NCBI GenBank assembly: GCA_050952625.1
Contig: JBMNLH010000001.1
Span: 224,001-288,000 of the forward strand
DNA: 64,000 nucleotides
Origin: Bacillota bacterium
GTDB lineage: Bacteria > Bacillota > Ch66 > Ch109
Reading direction: 5' to 3'
Of this stretch, positions 18,801 to 26,859 are shown piece after piece (position 1 is the stretch's first letter; every line of letters starts with the position of its first letter). The position numbers and the translations under genes were made by a program. Under the pieces are notes generated by a model. The model worked only from the letters and a program-made list of their open reading frames with translations, did no database searches and was not told the DNA's origin.

Positions 18801-20244
18801 GGAGGAAGTCGCGGAGGCCAAGCAGCGAACCACTGAGTTTGACCTGGATCGGTTAGAAAAAGAGGTTGGTGAGTTGACCCGGCGGGTTGAGCAAGAGCGG
18901 GAAGCGGTCAGACTCCAGAACGATAAGGTCCTGAAGATGGAAGGTCAGGCTGAGGAGAGGACGACGACAATCTGGAAGAAGTATGGTCAGCTGCCTTACG
19001 CCGAATTTGGCGATCTTGACCGGGACGCAGCGCGGATTAAGGCGGACCAGCAGGAAACAGAACGACAGCTCAAGGAAACCCAACTTAGGCGTCGGCAAGT
19101 GGAGGAAAGCGAAAACCTGTTAGATAAGATGCGGGAAAAATTGCAGGATAACCTGAGTCGGTTTAAAGTGGCGGAGGCCGGCGCACCGATGGCCGCGGAG
19201 GAATGGGCTCAGGTCAAACCGCGGTTGCGCTTGGTGGTGGAAGAACAACTGGGCCGTCTGGAAGCCTTGCATGATCGGATTCAGGCCCAGCGCGAGCAGG
19301 TAAGTCGAGCCTACCGGCAATACACTCAAGTGCTAAAAGAACAGAATAATCAGGTGTTGAATAAGTTCTTGAATCACCTATTGGCGGATGAAAGTCGGCA
19401 GTTCGATCTGCCGGCCATTGAGACTTCCTTTGCAAAATGTTTTGAGACCCTGGACAACTACGAGCAAAAGGTGCGCTACGATCTTCAGGAATGTGAACGG
19501 CACAAACAACTGCTGGTGGAAAGGTGCGTTAAACAGGCGGAACGGATTGCCGCGGAAATAAAAACGATTGACCGTTACGTCAAGGTAGATTACGCCGGGC
19601 AGACGGTCAGTGCCGTACAGATCAAGCTGAAAGACTGGGAGCCGGCGAACGCCCCGGTATTGATGGATAGTCACCTGGAGGCTTGCATCCTGAAACTGAA
19701 AGAGATGAGCCAGGAACCGGTCGAGAAGTTGGAACGGTACATCCGCAATCAACTATCCTCCCGGCAGCTGTTGGATGTATTAGCTAACCTAAACCAGGGT
19801 GTGGTTAAGGTGCTCAAGCCGGACGAACACCCGGTCTCGCCCCGGTATGACCAGTGGGACAACGTGGAGAAGTGGTCCGGGGGTGAACGATTTGCGGGTT
19901 ATATGGCCATGTTCATGGCCATCTTGAGTTATACCCGCAGCAAGCTGAGTAGTCTGCGCAACCCCCATAAGGTCCTGGTGGCCGACAACCCGTTTGGGGC
20001 CGCCTCGTCTGCGCACGTGCTTAATCTGGTTTTTCAGATTGCCGCTAATAATAATATCCAGATGCTCTGCCTGACGGCCCTGACTGAGGAAACAATCTTC
20101 AGTTACTTCCCGGTTGTTTACAGCCTGAAGCTGCGTCAGTTCATGGGCAAAGACTATATCCAGTCCCAAATGGAAAAAGGCTTTTACCAGATTGATCCTT
20201 TGGAAGAAGAACTAATCCGACGCCGCCAAATGACCCTCTTCTAG
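15850..20244 (+). CDS. jetC: Wadjet SMC-like ATPase JetC
   Basis: Walker A NLANGGGKT, ~1000 aa coiled coil, signature WSGGE, Walker B LVADNPFG. Confidence 0.9.
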   Translation: MPQIWRIRLANIEYDGGKKVYTDELFRLRGKNGLINLANGGGKTLLVQLLLQAVLPNESFNKRRVVDLLANKRYTGHIAVEWRLDSPETEFLTTGFCFTRGAEEDGRLRYFMYTIQYTQPNEFDVKNLPLVKKQVPVAYAELLHLLRQNTGSSEARISVFDQDDKYRAYWQELRTFNIFGKEWKNIKTINNREGGVAEFFSGASTTKQLLEHLIIPAVEGAIFDSEKEAQELTQSFWQYYQSLMRIPELQKNLESFQVLRQGGEAVLQEVRTYARSSDQLVQVKQQLGQLFGQVLTELELTLTERQQVEEQLGTLSQRQGQLEYQAESLEHARLFRQLTEGRSKMAELENSLKASRKQEQAADYRWRLAKGQNRFLDIQELIGEIKGWEQAREIQSQGHEEQLAQLDSYRATVRQRLTELQQARQQQYVELTTRQQQHQAEQTSLKQTRTALLAEKDQLSRRIGALHTQKEHYSKRYDEMWQTYQNLLWLEDPAAALTELTAELARTQDQWQQARQEKEELLAAEQDLTNQLRHQDALIMRQQAEVTAAEQAAQDYQETLVQVQEMLQRHSITAKEPFAERSRLESQLLSLSLTLQAQQTREGAEISRLEEQLHLLTQYDFYVPNYELLALQKTLQEIGVIAKPGSQWLQDLQIEEAQRAAYLRHNPLLPYALVLTEADFKQLQNRRGMWRELVLNCPVPLVVRSPELTPVETETAGDWLPLDERNTYVVWHKGYRYAVSPALLALEQPGLEEQLERKNQILANLRLSQEAVVRTGDRLQQFYCTYTVDSANHIQEQLTHTRQVLAESLSTRETMETRQQQLQERRPQLEAELEKLRERLNQIEVSQQHFQQWQLDREQQLQILTELEQLRQLEKQQQTAEQELEEKLNRLEQQILTTQGSISQLEGTLTQLQEKLVNTPHPNQPAALVLDVPYEQADSVLKELEKQVNQAASQITAYDDLISRNRQQIAKLEREIQKELKLTLEEVAEAKQRTTEFDLDRLEKEVGELTRRVEQEREAVRLQNDKVLKMEGQAEERTTTIWKKYGQLPYAEFGDLDRDAARIKADQQETERQLKETQLRRRQVEESENLLDKMREKLQDNLSRFKVAEAGAPMAAEEWAQVKPRLRLVVEEQLGRLEALHDRIQAQREQVSRAYRQYTQVLKEQNNQVLNKFLNHLLADESRQFDLPAIETSFAKCFETLDNYEQKVRYDLQECERHKQLLVERCVKQAERIAAEIKTIDRYVKVDYAGQTVSAVQIKLKDWEPANAPVLMDSHLEACILKLKEMSQEPVEKLERYIRNQLSSRQLLDVLANLNQGVVKVLKPDEHPVSPRYDQWDNVEKWSGGERFAGYMAMFMAILSYTRSKLSSLRNPHKVLVADNPFGAASSAHVLNLVFQIAANNNIQMLCLTALTEETIFSYFPVVYSLKLRQFMGKDYIQSQMEKGFYQIDPLEEELIRRRQMTLF

Positions 20245-20275
20245 CCACGGGGACGGTTCTCTTGGCCGGGATTAA

Positions 20276-20539
20276 ATTATCTTATTCGGCTCACGAGCGG
20301 AGGGAGATTTTGGCAAAGATAGTGATTATGACCTCTGCATTATTAAAAATGAAGTTAAACATCGGCGCAGGATGGCTCAAAGTCTTTATAAATCACTGTA
20401 TGGAATCGGTGTACCGGTTGACATAATTGTTGAAACTCCAGAAAGATTTGAAGAATTAAGAGAGAATCCTTTTTTAATCTACCGGGATATCGCCAGGAAC
20501 GGGAGGGTGGTTTATGAAAAACCAGACTCTCGTACATGA
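20276..20539 (+). pseudogene. 5'-truncated MNT (minimal nucleotidyltransferase) antitoxin
   Basis: Own translation: IILFGSRAEGDFGKDSDYDLCII...VPVDIIVETPERF...IARNGRVVYEK; in-frame TAA directly upstream, no start codon. Confidence 0.8.
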
Positions 20540-20614
20540 TTGGTTAAGAAGGCCTTTATTATCGCTGAAAACGTTATTGTTTGGATCGAAAAGATATTGG
20601 CCGCAACCGAATAA
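20514..20614 (+). pseudogene. HEPN toxin remnant with large internal deletion
   Basis: RBS GGAGG + MKNQTLVHDWLRR joined out of frame to KAFIIAENVIVWIEKILAATE*; overlaps MNT end as in MNT-HEPN pairs. Confidence 0.65.
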
Positions 20615-20632
20615 AGGAGCAGGTGACGTTGC

Positions 20633-23600
20633 GTGAACTTTGTCGCTGACTTGCATATCCATTCCCACTATTCCCGGGCAACCAGCCGGGACTGTAACCC
20701 GGAGAATCTGCAGCAATGGGCAATTTATAAAGGCATTACTCTTCTGGGCACCGGTGATTTTACCCATCCGGCGTGGCGGGAGGAACTAAGGTCCAAACTA
20801 GAGCCGGCAGAGGAAGGGTTTTACCGTCTGCGCCAGGAGTTTTGCCAGCCGGGTCTGGTGGAACCGCCCGGTAGCCCGGCTGTTCGCTTCGTTGTTTCCG
20901 GGGAGATTAGCACGATCTATAAAAAAGGGGGGCGGGTGCGCAAAGTCCATCATCTGTTGGTTTTGCCGAGCCTGGAAGCAGCGGATGAACTCAGTCGCCG
21001 GCTGGAGGGCATCGGTAATATCCGTTCGGATGGACGGCCGATCCTTGGTTTGGACAGCCGCCATCTCTTAGAAATGGCCTTGGAAGTCTGCCCGGACGTC
21101 ATCTTTATCCCCGCTCATATCTGGACCCCGCATTTTTCTGTTTTTGGGGCCAATTCCGGTTTTGATACGTTAGAAGAGTGTTTTGAAGACCTGACGGAGT
21201 ATATATTTGCCGCCGAAACCGGTCTGTCGTCGGATCCGCCGATGAATTGGCGAGTCTCTGCCTTGGATCGGCTGACCCTGGTTTCTAATTCGGATGCCCA
21301 TTCTCCCCGGAACCTGGCGCGGGAGGCAAATCTTTTTGCGACCGACCTTGCTTATTCGGCCATCCGAGCAGCCCTGCGCGAACGCGACCCCGCTCGCTTT
21401 TTAGGCACCCTGGAGTTCTACCCGGAAGAAGGCAAATATCATTATGATGGGCATCGGGCTTGTCAGGTCCGGTGGGAGCCGGCCCAAACCCGGGCCGCAG
21501 AAAGAATCTGTCCTTACTGCGGTCGAAAGGTAACGGTCGGGGTTCTTCATCGGGTCGAGGAACTAGCGGACCGGCCGGTGGGGTATCGGCCAGCCAACGT
21601 TCCGCCCTTTGAGAGCTTGGTGCCTTTGCCCGAGATTATTGCTGCGGCCTTGGGGGTTGGGGCCCAGAGTAAGAAGGTAGAACAGCATTATTTCTCGATG
21701 CTCGCCCAACTGGGGCCGGAGCTGGTGATCCTGCGCGAAACACCCCTGGAACAGGTGGCCGCGGCCGGTGGGGTATTGGTAGCGGAGGCAATCCGGCGGA
21801 TGCGGGCCGGGGAGGTGGAGACCTTGCCTGGTTTTGACGGGGAATACGGGAAGATAATCCTGCTACGGCCAGAAGAAAGGCAGCAGCTTCTGGGACAGGG
21901 TAGTTTGTTTGAGGAGACGCTCCCGAAGGCAGAGGTAAAGGCAAAAACTCGTAAAACAAGGTCTAAGGCGGACAGACATGATAGTGCACAGGTCGGGAGT
22001 TCTAAAATCGATGCTAATCAGACTGAGGCTTTAGGACCAGAGACTGCCGGAGCGGCATCCTCTCGAAACGATGCGGAGACCGCAAAATCCATAAATTCTC
22101 GTTCTGCAGCTGCGGATACCTCTCGGGAGGGGTTGCTAACTAAGGATGATAAGAGTCTTTCAGTACCTTTAATCGGCTTGGCGAACAATGAGGAAGTATC
22201 TGATGTCAGGTTAACCCGTTACGACGGCCGGCCGGTCTTTGGTGAGGCGTGTGAGGAAGCATCTGATGCCAGGTTAACCGCAGTGGGCGAGGCAATGCTG
22301 GATTTAGTGGCTGCGGGAGTTGATCCAGAACTAAGTTCCACGTTCACTCCGGCTAACGGTCCCGAAATCCTGGCCAGTCTGAATCCAGAACAGCGGGAGG
22401 CTGTGACTGCCGAGGAAGGGCCGGTGATCGTTATCGCCGGTCCAGGTACCGGCAAGACCCGTACCTTGGTCCACCGGATTGCTTATTTGATTAAAGAACG
22501 GGAGGTTTCACCCCACCAGATTACCGCCGTAACCTTTACTAATAAAGCCGCCCAAGAGATTCGCCACCGGCTGACAGAAATCCTAGGTGATAGGGCAATA
22601 GTTCGGGCTATAACTATTGGGACGTTTCACAGCATCTGCCTGGATTTGCTCCGTACTCAGAGGAATAACGAGGGTTTAGTTGTGCTTGATGCCATAGATG
22701 CCCAGGATCTACTTCAGGAGGCCTGGCCGGAGGGCGATAAAAAGAGGGTTAAAGGACTACCCAAGATCCACCGGGAGATTTCCTTTCTCAAAAGCGGTGG
22801 GCATACCTTTTCCTCTCCAGCGGTTCCCGTAGAACTGCGTTCCCTTTATCAGGCCTACCAGGAGAGGCTGGCCGAGTACGGTGCCCTCGATTACGACGAT
22901 ATTCTGCTGGAAGCGGTTGATCTATGTGAAACCTGGCGGAAAGCCTCGGATAGTACAGCCACCGAACATGAGGAGTTAACTCGGTTTACCCACCTCCTGG
23001 TCGATGAATTTCAGGATGTTAACCCGGTCCAGTATCGGCTGGTTAAAGCCTGGGCCGGGCAAGGAGCTAATACCTTTGTGATTGGTGATCCGGACCAGGC
23101 CATTTATGGTTTTCGCGGGGCTGACTACCGGTTTTTCGGGCGGCTGAAGGAAGACTATCCGGCAGCGCGGGTTTGCCGGCTCACCTTAAACTACCGCTCC
23201 ACCCCGACCATACTGCGGGCCGCCTCGGGAGTGGTGGCTAATAACCCGGAAAACCAGCTTCTCGCGGACGGAGAGCGAGACTTAATAGCCACGCATAATA
23301 CACGAAAAACAACGGACCATGTTCTTGCTGATGGCGACACTGTGGCCGAGACCCGGGGTAATTATGTAGAGCCATCTAAATTAACCCTTCTTACTGATGG
23401 CGACACTGTGGCCGAGACCGCACCGGTAGACAGAGCATCTACCCGGGAAAGCCTTGATGATAAGGCGGCCGAGGAGTCGCTGCCAGCTTCTAAACCAGCC
23501 CCACAATTGAGACCGGTCCGCCAACACGACGGCAAAATTCAGCACTGGGAAGTGGCCAGTGAGCTGGCCGAGGGGATTGCTATTGTTCAGGAAATTAACC

Positions 23601-24784
23601 GTTTGGTCGGAGGAGCGACTATGCTTCAATCCCACGGTCAGGGCGGCGGTTTGTCTGCGCGGAACCGGAAAGCCGGGGAAGAAGAAGCTCGAGGGTTCTC
23701 TGATATAGCTGTTCTTTTTCGGACCAGTCGCCAAGGAGAGCAATTGGAGGAGTGTTTCCTGAGGGAAGGAATCCCCTACCGGGTAGTTGGTCGCGAAAGC
23801 TTCCTGGCTGAGCGGGAGGTGCGAGAGGTTCTGGCGTTTTGCCGGTGTTTAGTTGACCCAGAAGATGATTTTCACCTGATCCGTTGTCTAGGTTCGACAG
23901 TTTTTGGCCTCGGTCGGTCAGGGATATCCCTGGTCCGCGAAAAAGCCCGGCAGATCGGGGGCTCAGCCTGGCAGGCGATCATCGATTTAACAGAAAGTCA
24001 GTTCTCGTCCCCATCGGCGGTCATTAACAAGCTAGCCGCCTTGCGCGATTTAATGAATAAATACCGATCCCTGATGATGTCTGAACCACCTGGATCGCTG
24101 CTGTCCCGCTGGATTGAGGAGCATCAGCCAAAGATAAAGCGACCGGAATCCCTTTATCGGCTGCAAAGGGTAGCTTCTCGGTTTAACGACTTACCCTCTT
24201 TTCTAGCGCAACTCGTTCTGGGTCAGGAAGTCGATCATGAACGTCCGGGAAGCAATGTTCTAACGGCTGAGGTCGTAACCCTGATGACCTTGCATGCTGC
24301 CAAAGGGTTGGAGTTTCCGGTGGTTTTCATTACCGGGGTAGAAAAAGGGTTGTTGCCGCTTAAAGAGTGGCGAACTCAAGAAAAGCAGGATAAAGTGCGA
24401 AGCGGTAATACAGTCGAGCAGAAGGAAGCGGCACCTTGTAAAGAAGAGCAAAGTAAAGAGGAGCTAGCTCATAATCAGGACCAAGGCCAAGACCAGAACC
24501 AGGGCCAGAAGGGGAGGGCAGAAATCAAGCAAGTTGTGACACTAGCCGAGGAGGCCCTAGCCGAAGAACGTCGGTTGTTCTACGTGGGACTGACCCGGGC
24601 TAAGGATCAACTGATCCTGGTCACGGCCAAGAACCGGAACCGGCCGGGAAAGAAGGCTTCTACTCAACCGTCCCCTTTCCTTCGGGAGATCCCTCCAGAT
24701 TGCCTGGAGCACAAAGACTGGGATACCCAGACCTGGCGAAAAAGTGATGGTAGCGAAAATATTAAGCAGCTTAGCTTGTTTTAA
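20633..24784 (+). CDS. EndoQ/TIGR00375-type PHP nuclease fused to UvrD/PcrA SF1 helicase
   Basis: ADLHIHSHYS, GTGDFTHP, PAHIWTP, SNSDAHS, GKYH..HRAC, CPYC, PGFDGEYG; helicase AGPGTGKT, VDEFQD, GDPDQAIYGFRG, NYRS, TLHAAKGLEF, EERRLFYVGLTRAK. Confidence 0.88.
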   Translation: MNFVADLHIHSHYSRATSRDCNPENLQQWAIYKGITLLGTGDFTHPAWREELRSKLEPAEEGFYRLRQEFCQPGLVEPPGSPAVRFVVSGEISTIYKKGGRVRKVHHLLVLPSLEAADELSRRLEGIGNIRSDGRPILGLDSRHLLEMALEVCPDVIFIPAHIWTPHFSVFGANSGFDTLEECFEDLTEYIFAAETGLSSDPPMNWRVSALDRLTLVSNSDAHSPRNLAREANLFATDLAYSAIRAALRERDPARFLGTLEFYPEEGKYHYDGHRACQVRWEPAQTRAAERICPYCGRKVTVGVLHRVEELADRPVGYRPANVPPFESLVPLPEIIAAALGVGAQSKKVEQHYFSMLAQLGPELVILRETPLEQVAAAGGVLVAEAIRRMRAGEVETLPGFDGEYGKIILLRPEERQQLLGQGSLFEETLPKAEVKAKTRKTRSKADRHDSAQVGSSKIDANQTEALGPETAGAASSRNDAETAKSINSRSAAADTSREGLLTKDDKSLSVPLIGLANNEEVSDVRLTRYDGRPVFGEACEEASDARLTAVGEAMLDLVAAGVDPELSSTFTPANGPEILASLNPEQREAVTAEEGPVIVIAGPGTGKTRTLVHRIAYLIKEREVSPHQITAVTFTNKAAQEIRHRLTEILGDRAIVRAITIGTFHSICLDLLRTQRNNEGLVVLDAIDAQDLLQEAWPEGDKKRVKGLPKIHREISFLKSGGHTFSSPAVPVELRSLYQAYQERLAEYGALDYDDILLEAVDLCETWRKASDSTATEHEELTRFTHLLVDEFQDVNPVQYRLVKAWAGQGANTFVIGDPDQAIYGFRGADYRFFGRLKEDYPAARVCRLTLNYRSTPTILRAASGVVANNPENQLLADGERDLIATHNTRKTTDHVLADGDTVAETRGNYVEPSKLTLLTDGDTVAETAPVDRASTRESLDDKAAEESLPASKPAPQLRPVRQHDGKIQHWEVASELAEGIAIVQEINRLVGGATMLQSHGQGGGLSARNRKAGEEEARGFSDIAVLFRTSRQGEQLEECFLREGIPYRVVGRESFLAEREVREVLAFCRCLVDPEDDFHLIRCLGSTVFGLGRSGISLVREKARQIGGSAWQAIIDLTESQFSSPSAVINKLAALRDLMNKYRSLMMSEPPGSLLSRWIEEHQPKIKRPESLYRLQRVASRFNDLPSFLAQLVLGQEVDHERPGSNVLTAEVVTLMTLHAAKGLEFPVVFITGVEKGLLPLKEWRTQEKQDKVRSGNTVEQKEAAPCKEEQSKEELAHNQDQGQDQNQGQKGRAEIKQVVTLAEEALAEERRLFYVGLTRAKDQLILVTAKNRNRPGKKASTQPSPFLREIPPDCLEHKDWDTQTWRKSDGSENIKQLSLF

Positions 24785-24798
24785 GGGGGGAGATCTGC

Positions 24799-25908
24799 AT
24801 GGGTCATATCGTTAACGCCAAAGAAGAGGTTTACCGGGCTCTGGCCGAGCGACTGAATCGAAATCCGGTCGGGGTACCCGTAAATGAGGGGTTAATGGAG
24901 ATCCTGCACCGCCTGTATTCGGAAAGCGAGGCCCTGGTGGGCAGCAAGTTTCCCTTGTTGCCGATGCCCGCCGACAAAATCGCTAGTCTGACCGGGATCA
25001 AAACCGAGGAACTGACCGGAATCCTGGATAGGATGGCGGACAAGGGGTTGGTGCTGGAGTTGCCTCGCCGGGAGCGTACTTTCTACATGCTAGCCCCGAT
25101 GGTGGTTGGTTTCTTTGAATATACCTTTATGCGGGTGCGAGACACGGTGAACATGCGGGAGCTGGCCGAGCTCTTTGAAGCCTACTTTCAGAGTGAAGAG
25201 GTAAAAAAGGAGTTTTTCGGCGGAGATACCAAAATGTTTAAGACCCTGGTTTATGAGCGGGTGATCCCAGCGGCGGTAGAGACTGAAGTATTGGACTATG
25301 AGCGGGCCTCGCAAATTATTCGCCAGTCTGGTGGCGGGGTCTTGTCGATGTGTTCCTGTCGGCATAAGGCTAGTCACTTAGGTCAGGCCTGTGACGCACC
25401 GCTGGAAGTGTGTACCTCCCTGGGTGAGTCTGCGAACTGGCTAGTCCGCCGGGGAATGGGTAAACCGGCCTCAGTGGATGAAATGCTGCGGGTGCTGGAT
25501 CAGACCGAAAAGCTGGGCTTGGTTCACTTGGGCGATAACGTCCTGAATAAACCTAGCTATATCTGTCACTGCTGCGGTTGCTGCTGTCTGATTATGCGCT
25601 CGATTAAGGAATCCGGCGATAAAGCCGTTCATCCGAGTAATTTTCAACCGATATTGAACCAGGATCTTTGTACCGGTTGCGGGATTTGTGCGGAAAGCTG
25701 TCCCATTCAAGCCATTGCTCTGGAGGTGGATGGAAGCGGAACGGAAGTACCCTCCGTGAACATTGAACATTGTATCGGTTGTGGCGGATGTGCGTCTGCC
25801 TGCCCGACCGAGGCCATGACTATGTCACGCCGTTCAGTTATCCATGTCCCTCCGGTCAACAAGCGAGAGCAGTTTGCTCGCATCAGTCAGGAAAAAGGCA
25901 GAGGATAA
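24799..25908 (+). CDS. 4Fe-4S dicluster protein with N-terminal wHTH-like and Cys-rich domain
   Basis: CSCRH, ICHCCGCCC, two CxxCxxCxxxCP ferredoxin motifs. Confidence 0.85.
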   Translation: MGHIVNAKEEVYRALAERLNRNPVGVPVNEGLMEILHRLYSESEALVGSKFPLLPMPADKIASLTGIKTEELTGILDRMADKGLVLELPRRERTFYMLAPMVVGFFEYTFMRVRDTVNMRELAELFEAYFQSEEVKKEFFGGDTKMFKTLVYERVIPAAVETEVLDYERASQIIRQSGGGVLSMCSCRHKASHLGQACDAPLEVCTSLGESANWLVRRGMGKPASVDEMLRVLDQTEKLGLVHLGDNVLNKPSYICHCCGCCCLIMRSIKESGDKAVHPSNFQPILNQDLCTGCGICAESCPIQAIALEVDGSGTEVPSVNIEHCIGCGGCASACPTEAMTMSRRSVIHVPPVNKREQFARISQEKGRG

Positions 25909-25930
25909 ATTAATTTGTTAGTAAGAAATA

Positions 25931-25951
25931 AGCCAGGAACTAATCCTGGCT
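25931..25951. terminator. Hairpin terminator after Fe-S gene
   Basis: agccagga actaa tcctggct inverted repeat; weak U-tract on + strand. Confidence 0.5.
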
Positions 25952-25960
25952 AAAATGTCG

Positions 25961-25994
25961 TTGACACATATCCCAAACCGGACTAAAATAGTCC
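25961..25994 (+). promoter_or_regulatory. sigmaA promoter of rrf2 overlapped by palindromic operator
   Basis: TTGACA(25961)-17-TAAAAT(25984); GGACTA-AAA-TAGTCC at 25980-25994 covers the -10. Confidence 0.75.
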
Positions 25995-26020
25995 TATAAG
26001 ATAGAAGGTGCTGTGACAGA

Positions 26021-26437
26021 ATGGAAATTATCAGGAGAAATACCGACTATGCGATTCGGGCCCTAGTTCATCTGGCAATTAATCTGGGACAAGTTGTCAG
26101 TGCTGGGGAGATCGCGGCTAGTCAGGAAGTACCGATTGACTTTCTGCAAAAAATTTTACAGAAGTTTGTTCGCCAAGGGTTGGTTCAATCCCATCGGGGG
26201 ATTCAGGGAGGTTTTTCTTTAAGCCGAGACCCTAGTCAAGTAACTGTGTTGGAAATAGTGGAGATCATGCAGGGAAAACTGGTCATGAACCGTTGTTTTT
26301 TGGGGAAGGATGGCTGTCCGCGCGCCCCTAAGTGCGCTCTCAAGCAGAACTGGTTGGACCTTGAACAACAACTGGTTGATTCACTGGCCGGAATCACGCT
26401 GCAGGACCTGGCAAATCAGCTTCAGGGACTTGATTAA
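26021..26437 (+). CDS. Rrf2-family Fe-S transcriptional regulator
   Basis: TDYAIRAL, LQKIL, SHRGIQGGFSL; three Cys (C..C..C) in C-terminal loop. Confidence 0.92.
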   Translation: MEIIRRNTDYAIRALVHLAINLGQVVSAGEIAASQEVPIDFLQKILQKFVRQGLVQSHRGIQGGFSLSRDPSQVTVLEIVEIMQGKLVMNRCFLGKDGCPRAPKCALKQNWLDLEQQLVDSLAGITLQDLANQLQGLD

Positions 26438-26551
26438 AAACACGTTGCAAAATATGATGATTGGCGGGGGGTGGTGAATTATCGGTTGGTAGTGAACCAA
26501 TTTTAGTGAATAACCAGTTAGTAAATAACCCGTTTACAGTTGTTTATGCTG

Positions 26552-26700
26552 TTTTCATTAGTGGTTGTGCCCCTTCGGGGCATGGGCGTTAATACAAAAG
26601 TAGGTTATTAAGTATCGTGTCGTTGCTATGAATATAACCATTTATTCGTTAATCGTGGTGCGGGCAACGCGTGATAATCATAAGCGAAGCGAAGAATTCT
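26552..26700 (+). repeat. Composite repeat: module C + module A + left arm of module B
   Basis: ttttcattagtggttgtgccccttcggggcatggg; tatgaatataaccatttattcgttaatcgtggtgcgggcaacgcgtgataat near-identical to the 45343-45392 segment; agcgaagcgaagaa. Confidence 0.8.
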
Positions 26701-26739
26701 CCTCACTAAATATCGAGGGATAATATTTTGTCGAAAACA

Positions 26740-26754
26740 AGACTATATTTGTCC
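26740..26754 (+). promoter_or_regulatory. Second putative Rrf2 operator upstream of hcp
   Basis: AGACTATATTTGTCC resembles GGACTAAAATAGTCC at 25980. Confidence 0.55.
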
Positions 26755-26859
26755 ATTATTGAGATTAATGCCGGAAATAGGCATAAGAAAACGGTAAGTC
26801 ATTTCGGTAAAATTCGGTGAATCGTTAACGGCGAATTAATAAAGAAGGAGGATGTAACT

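Noticed and set aside
23250-23530. Insertion in the helicase as an intein
   Set aside because: Short, low-complexity, lacks intein terminal motifs; explained by tandem duplication
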